The notes below the pieces were generated by a model that saw only the letters and a list, made by a program, of their open reading frames with translations, was not told the DNA's origin and ran no database searches. Below are positions 1-13,400 of a stretch of DNA of 64,000 bases, piece after piece; positions within the stretch are counted from its first letter, which is position 1; each line of letters starts with the position of its first letter. Origin of the DNA: Catajapyx aquilonaris (Eukaryota); the NCBI GenBank assembly GCA_000934665.2, contig KZ537955.1:62001-126000 (forward strand), read 5' to 3'. The translations under genes and the position numbers were made by a program.

Positions 1-3000
1 GGTTGCTTTTGGAGTCTACTTATCTATAGATATGTAATGTTCGTAATGTGATTTGTTGATAAATTTCAGTTGTGGGCTTTGTGTAGGATTTGTGGCTTAT
101 CCCTGAGTGTGAAGCGTGGACTTATTTAGGGGAAACCCAACCAAGGCCAAGTTTTTCTCCAACTTGGAGCTAGGGATCTTTGTCGGTTTTTAAAAGGGAA
201 GCCTGTTGGGGCTGCTGTGTAACATTATATGTCGGACCAAACGCGACCATTTTCTTCTTCTGAACTTCCCTCGGTCCTTCTTCTCTTTTTTTTCTCTCTC
301 CCTCAACCTGGCAAGGGACCGTATTGCATAGCACTTTTGTTGGCGAGGGGTTTTTCAAAAGGTAACAGGTGGCTGGAAAGGAACATTGACAGAAAAGGTG
401 TCCTTGAAAGGAAGGTCAACTGGTCGGAGTCCTTCCCAGTGGCCTTATACGGAAGTGAAGAGGAGAAAGAAAGAAAGAAAAAAAGATTCCGCGGTCGTGT
501 ACGTGTAATTGTTGTCCACGTGTGTCGGGGCGTAATGACATCCACGGGGCGTCATTTTTGAGGCCGTGAAGAGTTGAGATTTATGTAAGGGGTAGGGAAC
601 CATTATTTATGATCACGGTGACAGCACTACAGAACTAGTAACCTAGTGTTGTACGGCCATTCCCAAGCACATTATGATCAAGGTTTCCGGCTTCCCTCGC
701 ACATTAAGTAAAAGGTCATGAATAGTGTCCTTACGACCATGAATTTGGGCGTAAGCACTATTATTTGCTATAGAAACTACACGGTGTAGTATGTAGTTGG
801 CAATGTTGCGCAGAGAATTTTGAACTGAATTATGGAAGTTTAGGAGAGGTACTAGCTCGCTCCAAGTCACATAAAAGTGAGGGTGTTGCTTCGGAAGTTT
901 TGACAGTGATGTATTGTAATTAGAAAGGTTCGTTTATTATTTATGAACTCGAAGGGGGCTTCCAGTGTTTTCAGATCTTATGGAATATTTCAGGCGCATT
1001 TGATTGTGGAAAAAAATTTGCATTTGTAATTTATGACCTGACCTTTGTTGTATAGTATTACTCAGAAACAAGATACAGAATCTACATCCGGCATCTGACA
1101 TATTGCTAATAAAATTGCTACGAGCGTAAGACACCTTTGTATTTAAATTAGTTGTTGTAGTGCTCGTGGATCATATTTACATTTGTACATATGTTGATAT
1201 TATAAGCGCACCGTATCCTGCTGTAGCTACACCTAACATGTTTGGGACATCCTGTTGCTTATATCTAGTAACTGTATGATCACACGATGTACGTTGTCCA
1301 ATGAAATGTTGTCTACAGAATAATTTGGACCAACCTCTAGCCACTATACAGGTGCTATATTTCTCATGATAACAATGCTGATGACAATACATGAGCACTG
1401 TACGTTTAGAAAAGGATCGGCAATGTTGATATCTAATTGAAAATGATGGTTTGATAATGTGACAAGTATACGATTCATCTACTATAGGAATTCATGAATG
1501 GTATCACATTCATTGGCTGTCAGCAAATATATGCAACAAACCAAGCACGTGTATACTAAACTGTTGGCTAATGGATGTAATAATGATTGATCATTAATTA
1601 GGAGTTAAACGTTTTGGGATCGGGAGCATATGCCACAAAAAAAAAGAATGTAGACAATTTTTTAAAAAATATCTGCATTGTATCTGTAGTTAAGCTCGAC
1701 AAACGCTGATATACTCTTTTTTTTACAAATTATTTGGTTGAATTTGTTATGTAGCATATTGTGTACGTTCTGGGTTGTTGGAACGATGCGCACATAATTA
1801 TATACTCCAATGATTTTATGCATTCTGTGCTTGCAATAAAAATCCACCGATGCTGTGTGCTCTATTCCAGGTGCATATACCGTACGTAGGTACAAAATAT
1901 GCGCCCGAGATAAATGTATAACCTAGATGTAAAACTAACATTTTTCCGCTCCAAGGGGAACGTGTATTCTGAATAATTACCCGGCATTTACATGCCCGGA
2001 AGGCAGAGGTGCTCCCTTGCATAAGACATTTTGGGGATTGCACATTGGCGCAGGATGCTCTCCGCAGTGGAGCCAATCAATTACACTTCCTCTGTAACCA
2101 TAATGCCATATACAAAAGGAATCTATATAGTGCGAGGCAGGTCTGATTGTTTCGAGGGGTGCCATTGTCGATCTTTGTAACTGCACATTGTTCATATACC
2201 TTACGTAGGAGGCTCGTAAATGTGTTTTTAAATATGGCATTTACGCAATATCTTATAGGAGCTATAAACGCCTATTATTATAATTTTTTAAACTGCACAT
2301 GTTGGACGTGCATATTGGCCCTGATCGTTATCAGCACGCGATTGCATTTTTTTTAAAGCAGCGTTATAAACACCGTGTTATTTATAAACCTGTAACGCAA
2401 ATAATTTCACACTGCAATGATTGATCGCGACAAAATGATTGACGATGCAATTACATGCAACATAACGATTACGACACTACATTTTTGCTACCCTTGCATC
2501 TCAAAGGCCGTTGACATCATTAGTCAAAAATTGGCTTCATGTTTGTGTGTACATAGTTAGACCTGGAAGTTACGACGCACTTTTTTTCTCTCCCTCTCTT
2601 TCACGTCCCTAATTCCAAGCAGATAGCTCGCGTGCCGTTGCTTGGAGGTCGAGATGTTTCGATCAATTCCGCCCCCACCGAACACCACCCCATTCCAAGG
2701 TGCAGTGAACTGTATGCCGTGTCACGAGGTCGTAGTTCTGCCCAGCAGTAAAAGCCGCACGTACACGTCATGATACCTGATGTGAGTCACTAGAACATTC
2801 ACGGAACAGGTGAGGTATCATATGTATATGTAACCGAAAAATCCCTCGCATGACATGGCCAACACTAAAAGGAGTGTCCTTGGCCGGTGCCTGGCTGCCA
2901 ACAGGGTGTTACACAATCCGTTTTGTCACTAAAACATGACGAAAAAAATAGATACACTTCAAGGCCGCTCAATGTACACACCTGGACGGTAAATTCCCCG

Positions 3001-3898
3001 CGATTCGTACCAATCGGCAACGCTACTGTACATTTTTAATCGTTGTGATCTTAATATTTAGGAGACACCTTTTTTTGTATGAAATTGAGATTGCCACACT
3101 CCCGGAAACCTTTTTTTTGTGTGTGTGTATGTATGTCCCGCTGCTGCGTGACCTCTATTCGCACGCGTGGTTCACTTGCAGCTCATGTGGAAAAGAGAGT
3201 GAACCCCCCCCCCNCCCAAAAAAAAGTGGGAAGTTGAACGTGTTTTTTTTACATTGTTGTTATTAGATGTGGCAACACCGCTAGAACCATAAACGTGATT
3301 CCGGTAGGCTCAAAAATCACGATAAGTGTAGCGTTGAAGTTTGGCCCAATTCCAAAGTAAGGATAAATTGAAATCTCATATTCCCCCTCGAAGCAATTTT
3401 TGTGTGCAATTTTTTGTGACTACCAGACGTATACAACCAACCAGAGAAGAAAGTGGGTCACACTCATCCGGGCGCTGAGAGGATTTGCACCCAAAAAAAA
3501 TCGGTTGGCAACAACCCGAAAAAAATGGTCCTAATTTGGGACTCGTGGTTTTTAATGGACGTATGGGGTCAGGCCTTTGTTTCCCCGCCAATGATTCGTC
3601 GCGTCACGAACTGAAATTATGCAGACAACACGTGCGCAGAACAAGTTTTAAATGTTTTTGTGGGCCCGGGGAAAAGGTTGGTGCCTGGCACTGTTGATCG
3701 GTTGGTTTAGTCTGGTCCAAACAGTGATGGCCGACTGGAGTGAAAGTGGGCGTGGGAATGGGCGTGGCTTAGGTTGCGCGCGCTCCGAACCGACCAATCG
3801 TAGATCAGCCCGGTATGTTTTCATGGCGCTCTGTTTACGTTGGTGGAACTGCTTGGAGTGATCGGTCGATAAGTTTTGTTGCTGGGCGGGAATCTTGG

Positions 3899-4258
3899 GT
3901 TGGCAACAGTGCGTCAGGTACAGGGTGGTTCAAAACTGCTTGTCCAATGTTAGTGTGTTAAATTAGCAACGTTTAATTTGTTGCAAGTTGGCAACAGTGT
4001 GTCAGGTACAGTGTGGTTCAAAACGACTTGTACAAGTATAAAGTGTGCTAATTTGGCGACGTTTAATTTGTTGCAAGTTGACAACAGTATGCCAGGTACA
4101 GAATGGTTCAAAACTACGTGTACAGTACAAGTATAAACTTATAAAGTGTGCTAATTTAGTGACGTTTAATTTGTTGCGAGTTGGCAACAGTGTGTCAGGT
4201 ATAGGGTGGTTCAAAACTACTTGTCCAATTAAGTATAAAGTGTGCTAATTTGTTGCAG
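3899..4258 (+). repeat. Tandem repeat, 4 units of about 80-103 bp (GTTGGCAACAGTGTGTCAGGTACAG.GTGGTTCAAAAC...)
   Basis: Units start at 3899, 3987, 4077 and 4180; the last unit ends at the exon acceptor. Confidence 0.9.
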
Positions 4259-4420
4259 GTTCTGGTCGAGTTTGACGATGTTGAGTGGCATCGTCGTGAA
4301 TGGATACACGTGTACAAAGACAGCATATTCCCCGTGTTCCTTCTGGAGGAAGGATTGGTGTGGGCCAAACGGAAAGATTCGTCCGGAAAGGGCAGCGGTG
4401 AAGTCCAATGGCCCGCGCTG
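4259..4420 (+). CDS. KDM3: KDM3 coding exon (first seen in window): [15 protein letters not shown]...VQWPAL
   Basis: Acceptor ttgcag|GTT, donor CTG|gtgagt, phase 0/0; resembles JMJD1C VYVEFDDLEWDKREW...QWPAL. Confidence 0.93.
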
Positions 4421-7400
4421 GTGAGTCGCGCTAATTAATTAGAAATATAGCCAGGTAGGCGCCGCAAAAATTGCGCTGGTCGATACAGCGTTGCGTGTTT
4501 GACCTCTCTTTTTTAAATAAACAAACAAAAAAAGGCCATAAGGATCAGTATTGACCAGCAATAGAATCACAGGGTGCAACGATTTCATTGCAGACGTTCA
4601 GATGCCTTCAAGATGAGGTGGGGCTGTCCAAAGAGGAGTTGAAGCCCATCGAATTTCTTCTGGATAAGCAGGTGGACTACCAGGACTACGACCTGCTGGA
4701 GCCTTTCCAGGTACCTTTGAAAATCCCTCCAGAACCGGTCTTGTAGTGTGGGATTTGGGCATGGCCGCGACGCCAAGCGGATTCATTCAGGGAAAAGCTG
4801 GGGGCCCTTTTAGTTTACTGCCACCCGTTGAGTGGCGCACATTGTAACTCTGCCGCGCACTCGCTCTAATAATAATCAATCCTTGGGTATGTAAACAGTA
4901 GCCGCTAATCGGACAATGCATGCGCGGATGTGGTAGAGAAGCTTGACCCACTTGTCAACAGCTTTGCTGGACATGGCACGCCAGATATGCACAGTGCGAG
5001 TTAACAATGTCATATCTGCACTGTCACACCGTACAGGCTGGTGCAAAAGTTGTTTGAATTGTATACATTGCCTCATGATATTGCAGGGATTTATTAATAT
5101 ACACGTTTGTATACATGCAATAATTAATATGCAGGTTGACTCTAAAGTCTGGACACATAGGTAATTGATGGAATGTATTGCCAACTCCCAAGTGCCGACT
5201 GCCCAACTCAACCTTTACTGACTGTCAACAATCTTCCAGTTGGCACATCTGGAAACCAACAATACGATCCGATTACCTCTGTGTCCAGACTTTAGTGTCA
5301 CGCTGTATACCGTCAATTGGGGTGAGATTGTGCCAGCGAATTTTTTGTGGGGTCAACCGCGAATTTTACTCATAATTACCAATCTTGACCATCCTTCAAT
5401 GTAGCAAAACATGCCTAAATTCGCTTAGTTCACGCCTGCTGCCAACTGTTGTCCAAATATCCGCTGGCACAATCTGACCCCAATTGACGGTACATTTTAC
5501 TGCACGAACCTGTACACTGTTCAGTGTTGTCTGGACAGTTTATTTGTAACAGTCTACATACTGTCCAGACTAGGGCCCTTAAAACTAATTGGGTGTTTCA
5601 GCCGGGTCCTTTTTTTATGCACTTCCAAATCGGAGGGAGCCTTGAAGAACTTGATGAATGCGACCTTGACCTTTCCTGGCCGGGTGTTTGGTTCCAGTGA
5701 AACACATGGGTGCCAGCCGACTCTAGGTATTCACAAAGTGGCCTGGAGAAGTTTGAATGTGTAGCATATGGCGACCGAGTCTCAACTGGAAAAAAAAATA
5801 AATGGGGGCAAGTGTGTGCATAGACCCGAGTCAGAGGACAAACAGATGGATCGGTTTCACCTTTCAAATACAACCCGTGCAGTGAGGGAGGGAAGGGAGG
5901 TGGGGGGGACTTTGACCCTAACCAGACCGGGAACAATGCCACCACATTTTTGGCCGATGATAGATGACTCGTGCAACCTTGTTTTATTAATGGATGTGTC
6001 CAATGCATTGCCAACCCGTCCTCCCCGTTCCGTAAACAAGAGTGTCAGACGACATGCTGACACATCAAGTTTTGAGTGACTCATTCGTGTAAAGTGTGGG
6101 ATTTTGATATGGAGGTCAAGATATGGGCGTGCACATAACTGCACCACGTGAAAATGCAGATGTGCATTTTTTTTCCCCGGGAAGGGGTTGTGCTTAGTTG
6201 AGGGGGGGTTAGTAGAAACAAAAGGGAAGGCGGGGAATGGAGGTCATAAACCTCGCCTGGGACAAGTACGCTTGATTTGAAGCCTAATTGGGCGCTGTGC
6301 GCTTCGTCAGCCGCTGGCTGCTATTATTGCACACCGGAACTTCCCATTTGGATTTATGAACCCGGGTTCGGCACGCAGGATTAGAAACACCAACCCGGAA
6401 TAATAATTTTTTTTTTGCACCCCCCCCACCCCCCTCCAAAAAAATTTTATTCCGGTAGGTCTTGTTTGGTGTTATACATGACAAGCGGGCCTTTTCATGG
6501 GCGCTTCCTCAGGGGAGACGGGTTTTCTACCAAAATGTCTGGTCCAAAATGTAGAGAATTTCTCCCTCTCTTCCTGCTTGCACAGTAGGCTATCTATGGG
6601 GGTCGGCCTAATTTGCAATGCCCTGGGGGGGTTCCGTTCCTGCAGGGTTATAATAAAGGATCTCTCCCCCTCCCACGGTTTTCCCAACGTACATTTTGGT
6701 TTTGGAAAGGGGAAGCCAGTCCAGAAATTCTGCAGTTCAGTCACGATGAAAATCACTGCAGAATCGTTATTAAAATTAAGCGTGTTCTTAAACAACTGCA
6801 GGGCGTTCGCTGTAATGGTTGGGGGAAAGGTTAATGGCTGATCAAGTTTACACGCTACAGTTCAAGCTTACTTTTTTCCTGTAGTGTGTTTGCCATGAGG
6901 CGCTATATACTGTAAGCACTTTTCTCTGCCTGTTTGCGCCGTAAATCAGGAAATTCATTTAGGGGGGGAAAAAACTATTTGGAGCAAAAACTTGGATAAA
7001 TGAGACACTTGCTTCCCATTTCGTTTCATCAATCTTTTGAGAGGTCAGCCTCCTCCTCCTCTCTCTTCTTATCTTATCTTTTTTTTCATCTTCCCAATCG
7101 ATACGACGGCACCGAAATGCCAACTTAAAGGTCCTATTATTTCTGTCCTCTAACAATAACCGCGCACCCCCCTTTTTAGGCAGTGAGGTCACGACATAAT
7201 TAATCGAAAATCAATTTTGAGGCTGAACAATATACCAGGCGACTCACACATGGCCTTGTGCTGGACATTTTTTTTTTTTGGCCACTCTTTCGGAAGTGAG
7301 GTTGCATGATTTATATTTTTAAGGCGGGGTTGTGCTCCTGTGTGAGAGGTAGAGAAGAAATATAGCTCAATCCGTCATGGTTGTGAATGACTCCCCCCCT

Positions 7401-10400
7401 CTCCAGCCCTGCTATCCGGGTTCGAAGATCAATAACGTAGCGTAGTTGGACCTTTTTGCTGGAGGAAAAAAAAAAAAAGTATGTTGGTTGAAACACACAC
7501 ACTAAATAAAAAAGAGCGCTCTGTGCAGGGCTGCGATTAAACAAATCATCGCGTCCAAACTCATTGTCCCTGGGCCATTCCGGTCCAGCAACCCGGATAA
7601 TAAGGTTTCGAGTTTGTTCTCCGGATTATCAAAGTTTCGGTGGGAGTTGGGCGTGCACTTTTTTTTGTGCTGGGTGTAGATTAGAGCAGATGGTGTTTAA
7701 TTTTGAACCCGGCCGATTAAATTGCGCAGATAAGTGTATAGGACATAAGGTTTGCATTGCATGTTGTGTTTCCAGGGTCATGGAACTATTGCTGACAGTT
7801 CCACAAACGGATATATATTTTTTTACAGAATATATACGTATGTTGGGGCCCATTATGCGATCAAGGACATTTTGGCGAATTGGTTATAAGTCATTTCCAC
7901 ATGTAATGAACCCGCGCGAATAACGGTCGGACAGGAGCCTTGAAGTTGAGTCGAAATGATTAGGTTTTTCTTTATGGGAGTTGGCGTAGTGTGCAAGAGA
8001 CATGTAATACGTAATTCGCCAAGGTCGAGTGTGATTGGCAGTGAGAAATTCGCACAAAGGATCGCAGGATTCCCTCAAGGCCGAGGGAGGGAGGGAGGCC
8101 CTTATAGAAAGAGATGGCCAATTTATTTTCCTACTCGCGACACTGACGTCAAAATTTTTCTATTTAAAAAGGAGGCTGCTGCCTCGTTAGTGTTGTGTAC
8201 TGTTTTGGTGTACATGCGTGCGTTGCGTAACTAGCCCGAAGCGAGTTTAGTCAAGGATCTTTCCCCAACACACCTGTATATCCCTCGAGAGTGTGCTGCC
8301 ACACTGCGGAGCAACAAATATTTCCGCGAAAAAAGGGTTAGGGGCCCGCCTTAATAACTGTAATAAATCCTGTGCCAGGTGGATATTTGGTGCGATGAAT
8401 GTGAAAGTTTTTTGGAGGGTGGGGGGGTAGCCGTTTGGGATGATCTGCACGTATATAGTTTTTCGCAGCTGTCGTTGGCTTGGCAAGATGGTCGCTGCAG
8501 ATATGGAGGTCCGCACACCTGTCGCGTTAGCACGAGATATGCGTGTGTGTTGTTGCGTACACAATGTGCACAATGGAATAAAGAGAGTGAGAAACCATCA
8601 GGCAGGAAGTTCCTTATAACACAAAACGGGCTTCGATCGGGCCGTAGTCCCCCCCCTGCCATCTGAATGCAAATGTACTATAGCACGTGGGTCTCAAAAC
8701 TACTAAAACCAGGAAGTTTTGTGGGGAGGACCGTGGTTTACTGCCTGTTGGGTAATAGGAATACATTGAAACTTCATTTTGGACCCGACTCAAGAAGTAA
8801 AAGTAGCTGTAACTTCCTGTGTCCTATGAACACACGAAAAAAATGGTAGAGGATCCATGCCAAGTGGGGGGAAAACCAGGCCATTTGGCAACCGATATGG
8901 TGTACTTGTCAGGAAGGGTAATTTAGCTGCAGGTTGTAACGCGGGGTCAGTGTGTTTTAAAGGAGACATTACTTTACTTTACTTTACTTTTCTCGTTGTT
9001 TGTTTAGGAATGGAGGCCAAACCGATCCGGAGTGAAGGACTCGAGTGAGCTGAGAGAGGCCGTCAGAAGATGGGCCGAATTTCAGGATGGACAGCGGATA
9101 CTTCTGACCACTCCGAGTGTCCTGGTCGGCTACAGGGTCGAGGTGTACCGGGCTGAAGGCACCACCCAGTGGTACACAGCCGTCATCGTTGGATACAACG
9201 AAAACACTCAGGTGCAACGTCGCTATATATTTCAAAAACGCTGGAAGCTTGATACTATTACATTTCAAACGTATGAAAATCCTTCCAAGCAAAGAAGACC
9301 CCCTCAGAGAGAATAGACCTCCCCCCAAAAACTCTTGCTTGCTGGAAACATCAAAGCTGCTTTATGGGGAGGGCTTATTTCGAAATAGTTCGTCTAAAAA
9401 AAAAAAGTGCGCGGTGCACGTAGCAGAGTTGGCTTGAGGGATTTTGAGAGGTGGGAGGGGGTATATACAGTAGGTCGCATCGCCAGATTAAAATCTGCCG
9501 GGGCCAGAGAAGAGAGAGAGAGGAGGCTTCCACTTTGCACAATTTACCTATCCTCTCCACTTGGAGAGAAGCAGAGAGGGGATATATAGAAAACCGAGGC
9601 TGATAGCAACACGCAGGCAGGCAGACTCCTCGGCCGCTCTTTAATTAGTTTCTTCGCCAGTAGGGGTCAATGTTCGAAGCTGCAGCAGAATTTGCAATAT
9701 GGCAACCGCGATGTCAACTTTCAAAAAAGGGCGCGTACAGGTTAATCCGGTCGCTGCCATAAAAGTAGAGCACCAACATACACACACGAGGTGGTCAGTT
9801 GGAAGATTTTTCAAGCTCTTCCTCTCTCTCAGGGGAGCCTTGTGTGTGTGTAGCACATCTTCCTTATGTGGCAGGTTGCGCCGCCACTTTTTTTTTTTGC
9901 TCACCTTGGCCTTTCCGCCTGCTGCCCAGATTGAGTACGAGGCTAACCCCTCCTTCTCTTCAAGGGGAGGGTGAGACACTTTACAGGATTGTGCACAATG
10001 TTCAATCCCGCGGGACGTGATGCAACTGACATGTCAGGGCAGGAGGGGAAAAACTGTACACCTGGATTCATTTCTGGTGCATTCCCACGGATTCCGTCCT
10101 CCTTTTTTTGTGTGTCATATATTTATGAGATGGCACAGTGCAGGGCGGTCTAGACAAATGCAACAGCTATTTTCCGAGCATATAGTGGTGATTCAGGGTG
10201 TAACATCTTACATACATATGGCAGAAAGTGTGTATGTCCCAGCTACCTAACACACTTTACGACTACTGGGAGTGTAGAAACTTGGCACACTGATGTCTGC
10301 CGCTCATTAAAGAAAGAATCCGAAAACCGCACTTTTTAAAGTCTAAATACCCAAAATTTTGGTATACGTTTGCTCTGGCGGATGGCTGTAGATGGCAGGG

Positions 10401-13400
10401 AGTAATCGGAAGCTACATCTTCCGGATATGTCTCCTAGATGGTGTTACTGAAATGGTGCTGTATGTTCGAAAAGTACCAAAAGCACGCCGTGCGAAGAAC
10501 CCGCTATTCTCAACATAATTGCATGGCCCGTTGTCATTACAGTTCCTGGAAGTAATTCTCTGTAGCAGGTCCCTCTTGATTATGGGACACTCTCAGCATG
10601 TTCCGGGATAGGAGGGGTCCTTGAAAGGTCCATCTCATCTGGACTGGCTCATTTTCCCCACCCTGTCTTTTCCCCCTCGACCAAATTTTGTGTCCCTTTC
10701 GCAGGAGCTGACGGTGACAGATGACACCGTTCTAGAAGAGCACAGCGAGGACCCTTGTTTAGTCCAGATGAGGCTCATAGGAGATGGAGGTGAGCACCTT
10801 TTTTTTTTCTCTCTCTCTCCCCCGGTCTTTTCCTTTGTGTAGCAAAAATCTAGTTCAACCTACATAAGCTGCAGCCACGCCCCATTGGCTCATTACGCTC
10901 CTTGTTTCGATCGGCTTATTTGAACCGGGCGTCGTTTCTGACCTTTGACCCCCATTCGGAACTGGGGGGACCAACGTCCCCTTTAGTTCCCTCCCACCCA
11001 CCGCTGAGGACCGTCTATTTTGGGGAGACAGGCGTGTCAAGTCGTCGTAAATTCCTGGGGAATTACGAGGCCGGACCCTCCTGGAAATAGGAGGGGGGTC
11101 TCTGCTTCACTCTTTTTTTCTCCCCCCAGCACCCCCAACCGCCCCCCAGGACCAGACCTGCCTTGTTTTTTTTCGAGGGCTGCCAACCTCTAGTGTTGTG
11201 ATGTTGTCAGGTCGGCCATTACATTTTCACGAGTTAAAAAAAAGAGAGGCAGAAATGCGACACTTGGTATTTGCGCAATTCCAGATATTTTTTTTCTTCT
11301 TTCCCAGCGGGGGAGCTTGAAGTTCCGGCCAATTTATAAAAGAGGGAACAAATTGGCTGAAACGGGTTTTAATTAGCTCTCATTTCAAAAGCGAGCGACC
11401 TTGGGGGGGATCGAGCCAGAAATGCGAGATTTTGAACATTGGAGTGGGTGGGGAAGGGGGAGGGTTTTGTACGAGGCGGCCTGATAAATGCATTTTAAAG
11501 CTGACGCTCCAGATTATAGCAAAGCAGAGTTCGGGATATGAAAATTGTTATTCATCAAACCGATTTTACCAGCGAAAAAAGGTGCGTGCGTCATTGAGTG
11601 TATACTGTACCATTTTAGCCTGCTCATGCAAATGTGACCTGACACTCTCGAGCTCTCTCATGGTTAACAATGCAGGATCTGGATTCACGATGTATGCCGG
11701 ATGTGATGCAGGCCGCAAAAATGGCTTTGAAACGTGATACAGGGTGAGGCAAGATCGGACCTCGCATCTCTAATTACACTGGTAATTGACACGTCAAGTA
11801 AACTGCCCATAATTTGCGATGCTGATAACTACATGTCTGAAAAGCTCAACGATGCGCGAACTCAGCATGACGGCCCGATTCACACCGGCATATATGCACT
11901 TATGCTGCACTTGGCAATCTACATAATGAATTCTGTACAGTACTGGACATTAATTGTGCAGTACTGGTGGCGCCAACGACAGAAGAGCGAATCGAAGCAA
12001 TGTATTAGTTGCTAATTTGACGGTGTTATGCAATAATGAGTCAACCCACATGAGAACAGTTTTGATGAAATTAATTCAGTGTCCTTGTCGGTCATTTATG
12101 GCATAAGTATGTAGATTTCGCCAGATTGATTTTAACTGAACGAAGTACGATCCTTTGATGGGCTTAACTCAATTTTGACTTTTTTGTGGGTTGACACATT
12201 ACATTATAACAGCGTCCAATTCGCGCTTTTGCCGCTGTCGGCTCGTGGCGTCACCGGTGCGAAAGCATTTTCTGACTGGACAGATTTTATTTCCGGTTGG
12301 CACCTGTGCTTCCATTATTTACCAGTAAATGATCCCAACTGATTCAGATCATTGAGGAGCGTCTCAATCACCATGCTTCTATTTCCGACCAGTGTTGATA
12401 CTGGCAGCCTAAGAGAGGTGGGTGGGTGGGCGGTTGAAAATTGCGTTATCGATCAGGATGAAGAGAGAAAAAGAGGTCGCGAGTATTGCAGCCTCTCTGG
12501 AGTGATAGGTCTTGTTGTTTACGTCCAGTGTCCTTGTATGAAGCAAAAAAAAGAGACTCAAATTGACCACAAAGACCTGGAGTTGCGCATGCCAGATGGA
12601 GCTGTGGGGGGGACGATCCTCCACCCAACCACCCCCCCTTTTTGGAGAGAGAAGCAGAGAGATGAAGGAACGTGTTGAGCCTGGATGTGGGCGGCTGCAG
12701 CTGCCAGAGGGCACCGCAAGTAGGCAGGAGGGGCAAGGGGATCAATAGATACTACCCCGGCCAGTTTTCCAGAGAGCCCCAGTTGTCGCTTTCCGCACGC
12801 ACCCGGACGCACGCATGTGTGGGTGGGTTGGGTTGAATTATTACGCGCAAGTGCCGACCGGTTTGAAAAAAAAAAGGTACAGAGAGGTGCAGTGTTTCAA
12901 CTTGTGCGGTGTGAAACAGTGTTTGTGACTTGACATTATTGTTTTTTTTAGTTCCGCTTATACTGTGGACTCACTTTTTTTGTTGTTGTGTCTGCCCTAG
13001 TGGTGGAATCCATTTTGAAAGGAGAGAACATCGGGATCACTCCACGGAGGTCCAGAGCAGCTCTGCAGCATTCGGTAAGTACATTGTTGCACTTTGTAGA
13101 TGTACACTGCGGACATTGTTGAAGGCTGGCTTTGTTATCCGGGCTAATGCAAGGACGTTGTCCCGTCGCAGATACAAAGGTCACCCTATCTTTTTTAAAT
13201 GAGGAAATAGGCACGCGAGGCGATAAACTCTGGACACAGCCTGATCTAAAGGTCAGCACTGCCTCATTAGAGAGGGGGGCCCTGCAGTCCATTTTATGCA
13301 CTTTAATGTTGCGGATTGGCTACTCGCGTGATGATACGCACATTTACCATACATCGCTCCTTTTTTTTACTTCCTAACAATGACTGGCTGTCATGCAGCC

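Noticed and set aside
3899..4258. CRISPR-like array
   Set aside because: Eukaryotic context; the whole unit is repeated with no unique spacers and there are no cas genes.
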